NCBI GenBank assembly: GCA_944354535.1
Contig: CALVPY010000009.1
Location: 1,599 to 65,598 of the forward strand
DNA from: an uncultured Clostridia bacterium
GTDB taxonomy: Bacteria; Bacillota; Clostridia; Christensenellales; Borkfalkiaceae
DNA length: 64,000 bases
Direction: 5' to 3'
Shown: one piece after another, positions 61,501 to 64,000 of the stretch
Layout of the letters: every line of letters starts with the position of its first letter
Position numbering within the stretch: position 1 is the stretch's first letter
The notes under the pieces: generated by a model
What the model saw: the letters and a program-made list of their open reading frames with translations, nothing else
Told to the model about the DNA's origin: nothing
Database searches by the model: none
Position numbers and translations under genes: made by a program

Positions 61501-61581
61501 GCTATTTCGACAAAACACCCCGAAATATATCCTCTCATTTATTGTATCCTTGATGAAAAAGGTGCGCGCGGGAGTGAAGCA

Positions 61582-62343
61582 ATGGCAAGAAAGATCGTAG
61601 TCACATCGGGGAAGGGCGGCGTCGGAAAGACGACCGTCACCGCCAACCTCGGGGTACAGCTCGCAAAGAACGGGAGCCGCGTCGTCGTCTGCGACCTCGA
61701 CTTCGGCCTCAACAACGTGGATGTGGTGCTCGGCGTCGAGAACCTCGCCAGCTTCGACGTCATCGACGCCATCGAAGGCAGGTGCCGTCCCAAACAGGCG
61801 CTCGTGAGGCATCCGCACTATCCTACGCTCTATTCTTTGGCGAGCAACCGCATTTCCGATCGCTATGTCTCCCCGCAGGCCGTCCGCCTCATCTTAGACA
61901 GCATCGCCCCGCAGTTCGACTATATCCTCATCGACTCGCCCGCGGGCATCGACGAGGGCTTTCACCGCGCCGTCGCCTGTGCGGAGGAGGCGCTGCTCGT
62001 CACGACCCCGCACATCTCGGCGATGCGGGATGCCGACCGCGTGGGGAACATGCTCAAAGGTTACCGCCTGAGCCGCATCGGGCTCGTCGTCAATATGGTG
62101 CGGAGCGACCTCGTGCGGCGGGGGGAGATCCTGACGCCCGACGAGATCGCGAAGGCGCTCAGGATCCCGCTCACCGCCATCGTCCCCGAGGAGGATAAGA
62201 TCTTTTTGGAAAACGTTGCCGATCGGATGCGGGCGTTCAAACTGCTTGCAAACTTTTACACGGGGAAAGCGCCCGAAGAGGAGGGCGAAAAGAAGTACAC
62301 GGGACTGTTGGGCGCGCTCATGCGCGGGCTGAAAAATCGTTGA
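61582..62343 (+). CDS. minD: septum site-determining ATPase MinD
   Basis: The deviant Walker A is VVTSGKGGVGKTT. LDFGLNNVD and DSPAGI are present. The C-terminal amphipathic tail is GLLGALMRGLKNR. Confidence 0.9.
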   Translation: MARKIVVTSGKGGVGKTTVTANLGVQLAKNGSRVVVCDLDFGLNNVDVVLGVENLASFDVIDAIEGRCRPKQALVRHPHYPTLYSLASNRISDRYVSPQAVRLILDSIAPQFDYILIDSPAGIDEGFHRAVACAEEALLVTTPHISAMRDADRVGNMLKGYRLSRIGLVVNMVRSDLVRRGEILTPDEIAKALRIPLTAIVPEEDKIFLENVADRMRAFKLLANFYTGKAPEEEGEKKYTGLLGALMRGLKNR

Positions 62344-62354
62344 GGAGGATGATC

Positions 62355-62585
62355 ATGCGAAGCGAAGTGACCAAAGAGAGGCTCAATCACATCTTACATG
62401 CAGATAAAGAGGAGATGAACGAGGTGACGCGCGAGGCGTGCATCGCCGATTTTACCCGCGTCGCGGGGGAGTATTTCGAGACGGACGGGGACGTGACGAT
62501 GAATATGCACCGCGGCAGGACTTCCACCGAGGTGACGCTCTCTTTCCGTGCCGTCCGTGTGAAAAATTTTACGATGGTCAAGTGA
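62355..62585 (+). CDS. minE: cell-division topological specificity factor MinE-like
   Basis: It lies immediately after minD, with GGAGG 6 nt before the ATG at 62355. SEVTKERLNHILHADKEEM resembles the MinE N-terminal (S)xxxAKERLqliLxHDR motif. Confidence 0.7.
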   Translation: MRSEVTKERLNHILHADKEEMNEVTREACIADFTRVAGEYFETDGDVTMNMHRGRTSTEVTLSFRAVRVKNFTMVK

Positions 62586-62601
62586 GAGGACGCTCACATT
62601 G

Positions 62602-62630
62602 TTGACAGCACCCGCCGTATTTGGTATAAT
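62602..62630 (+). promoter_or_regulatory. consensus sigma-70-type promoter for degV
   Basis: TTGACA (62602-62607), 17 nt, TATAAT (62625-62630), with extended -10 TGG. Confidence 0.65.
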
Positions 62631-62732
62631 ATGGCGTATGCTTCGGGGGGAAGCAGGGGAAATGGGGACGATCCGCCCCGAACGGGACGGCGGCCCGAAA
62701 CGCTCGATTCAAACCATACAACGGAGATCTAT

Positions 62733-63602
62733 ATGAGAAATTTTGCGATCGTAACAGATTCCGCCTCCGATCTTCCCGCGGAATATCTGCAAAGCCATGA
62801 CCTTCATTGCGTCGATCTCGGCTTTACGCTCGACGGCGTCACCTACGGCGGCACGAGCGGGAACAAGATGGACGTCAAGGTCTTTTACGACAAGCTGCGC
62901 GGCGGCGCCATGCCCACGACCTTTCAGGTGACGCCCGAACAGGCGCGCCTCACCATCGAACCGCTCCTGAAGAACGGGCAGGACGTTCTCGTCCTTGCCT
63001 TCTCTTCCGGCCTTTCGGGGACTGCCAACAGCTTCGTCATCGCTGCGCGCGACCTCATGGAGGACTATCCGATCCGCCATGTGGAGGTCGTCGATTCGCT
63101 CTGCGCCTCCTTAGGAGAGGGGCTCTTCGTCGACTATGTCGTAAAAAAAGCCGATTCGGGCGCGAGCCTGAAAGAGACGCGCGATTATGCGGAGAACATC
63201 AAGCAGCACATCTGCCATTTCTTCACGGTGGATAATCTCTTCCACCTCAAGCGCGGCGGCAGGGTCTCGGCGGCGACGGCTGTCGTCGGCACCATGCTCA
63301 ACATCAAGCCCGTGCTGCACGTCGACCACGAGGGGCACCTCATTGCCATCGGCAAGGCGATGGGCAGAAAGAAGTCCATTTCGGCGCTCGTCGAGCACAT
63401 GAAGGAATTGCAGACGATGGGGGAGAACGACCCCATCTTCATCAGCCACGGCGACTGCATGGAGGATGTGAATTATCTCATCTCTCTTCTGAAAGCCAAC
63501 TTTCCCGGGCATGAGATCATGGTCAACTATGTGGGGAACGTGATCGGCACGCACTCGGGCGCGGGCACTTTGGCGCTCTTCTTTCTCGGCGCACACCGTT
63601 GA
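62733..63602 (+). CDS. DegV-family fatty-acid-binding protein
   Basis: ACGGAGA precedes the ATG at 62733. The DegV start is MRNFAIVTDSASDLP, and AFSSGLSGT is present. Confidence 0.9.
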   Translation: MRNFAIVTDSASDLPAEYLQSHDLHCVDLGFTLDGVTYGGTSGNKMDVKVFYDKLRGGAMPTTFQVTPEQARLTIEPLLKNGQDVLVLAFSSGLSGTANSFVIAARDLMEDYPIRHVEVVDSLCASLGEGLFVDYVVKKADSGASLKETRDYAENIKQHICHFFTVDNLFHLKRGGRVSAATAVVGTMLNIKPVLHVDHEGHLIAIGKAMGRKKSISALVEHMKELQTMGENDPIFISHGDCMEDVNYLISLLKANFPGHEIMVNYVGNVIGTHSGAGTLALFFLGAHR

Positions 63603-63686
63603 GGATAGGGGCTTTGCGAGCGAGGCTCGGCTGAGGCCCGGAACAAATGGATCATTTCGGCTGTTCTTTTCGGGCGGCCGATTTAC

Positions 63687-63774
63687 GGAAGGATGGCGGA
63701 GCGGTCGATCGCGGCGGTCTTGAAAACCGTTGAGGTGAAAGCCTCCGGGGGTTCGAATCCCTCTCCTTCCGCCA
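63687..63774 (+). tRNA. tRNA-Ser (anticodon UGA)
   Basis: It folds as a cloverleaf. The acceptor is GGAAGGA/TCCTTCC and the anticodon stem-loop GCGGT-CTTGAAA-ACCGT. It has a long variable arm TGAGGTGAAAGCCTCC and T-arm GGGGG-TTCGAAT-CCCTC. CCA is encoded. Confidence 0.9.
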
Positions 63775-63808
63775 AAGAGAAAAGGGCGCGTTGCGCCCTT
63801 TTCTCTTT
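63775..63808 (+). terminator. rho-independent terminator after tRNA-Ser
   Basis: AAAGAGAAAAGGGCGC-gtt-GCGCCCTTTTCTCTTT. Confidence 0.7.
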
Positions 63809-63960
63809 GGCGCGAGCAGGGTTCGGACCACAGCCGCCGAAAAAGACGGGGAGGGCGATATTACTTTATCGGCTGTCGGTTCGCGCATGGAGCGAAGCGA
63901 ACATGCCATCGAGCCGCGCGAAGTGGAACGCGAGATCATTAAGGCAGCTCGGCAAAGATC

Positions 63961-63979
63961 ATCCCTCTCCTTCCGCCAA
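63961..63979 (+). repeat. 19-nt duplicate of the tRNA-Ser 3' end (att-like)
   Basis: ATCCCTCTCCTTCCGCCAA at 63961-63979 is identical to 63757-63775, which is the T-arm 3' half plus acceptor plus CCA of tRNA-Ser. Confidence 0.6.
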
Positions 63980-64000
63980 CGGAAACGGGGAGCAGGCAAC

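Noticed and set aside
62631-62732. ~100-nt leader between the degV promoter and start codon as a possible riboswitch
   Set aside because: It is G-rich with only short hairpins such as GGGGacgatccgCCCC. I recognise no known riboswitch or T-box core. There is not enough evidence to call a regulatory RNA.
63652-63999. 115-aa minus-strand ORF at the window end
   Set aside because: It overlaps tRNA-Ser and its terminator on the opposite strand. It is Arg/Ser/Pro-rich and has no start context.

Overview
This is a GC-rich chromosomal segment. Most 60-nt lines I hand-counted are above 60% GC. Gene content and Shine-Dalgarno usage look like a Gram-positive anaerobe of the Clostridia type, but I cannot verify taxonomy. 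Nearly everything is carbohydrate harvest and catabolism. (1) nt 1-8028 holds an operon with a GH78 rhamnosidase (cut by the window edge), a HAD hydrolase, UxuB-type SDR, GH43, UxaC, UxuA and KDPG aldolase. (2) A TetR regulator lies divergent to a heterodimeric ABC exporter pair, followed by a nucleoside-hydrolase-like gene and a GH3. (3) nt 16468-39987 is a ~22-kb co-directional locus next to an AraC regulator. It encodes two ABC permeases, a large lipoprotein solute-binding protein and an uncharacterised repeat-containing lipoprotein. These are followed by an alpha/beta-hydrolase-like protein, GH78, GH43, GH3, a HIBADH-CMD fusion, GH43+discoidin, KdgK, a GH2 with glucuronidase-type motifs and a second KDPG aldolase. 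Only the binding protein and the unknown lipoprotein have export signals, so this looks like import followed by cytoplasmic deconstruction. (4) nt 40077-47258 is a LacI-controlled operon encoding a DUF4038/apiosidase-like glycosidase, a FucI-like isomerase, a split transketolase and an FGGY kinase. This is my top candidate for an undescribed or poorly described pathway: apioside or branched/rare pentose catabolism using a transketolase instead of an aldolase. (5) The remainder holds an SGNH esterase coupled to a PQ-loop-like mini-membrane protein, and a decayed patch (galE pseudogene abutting a glycosidase 3' remnant). It also has Maa acetyltransferase, a COG2509-type FAD protein, tRNA-Leu(UAG), an FGGY kinase with AraD, and a UDP-sugar pyrophosphorylase-family gene. 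A lower-GC two-gene island (ComEC-like MBL hydrolase and DUF4143 AAA ATPase) precedes minDE, degV and tRNA-Ser(UGA). There are several families of non-coding repeats. These are a duplicated ~81-bp promoter cassette, composite hairpin (REP-like) elements inside operons, an array of five related hairpins with a 107-bp tandem duplication next to tRNA-Leu, and 52-bp direct repeats. There are also three 12-bp iterons and a 19-nt duplication of the tRNA-Ser 3' end. All family assignments come from motifs I recognise by eye. No database search was possible.
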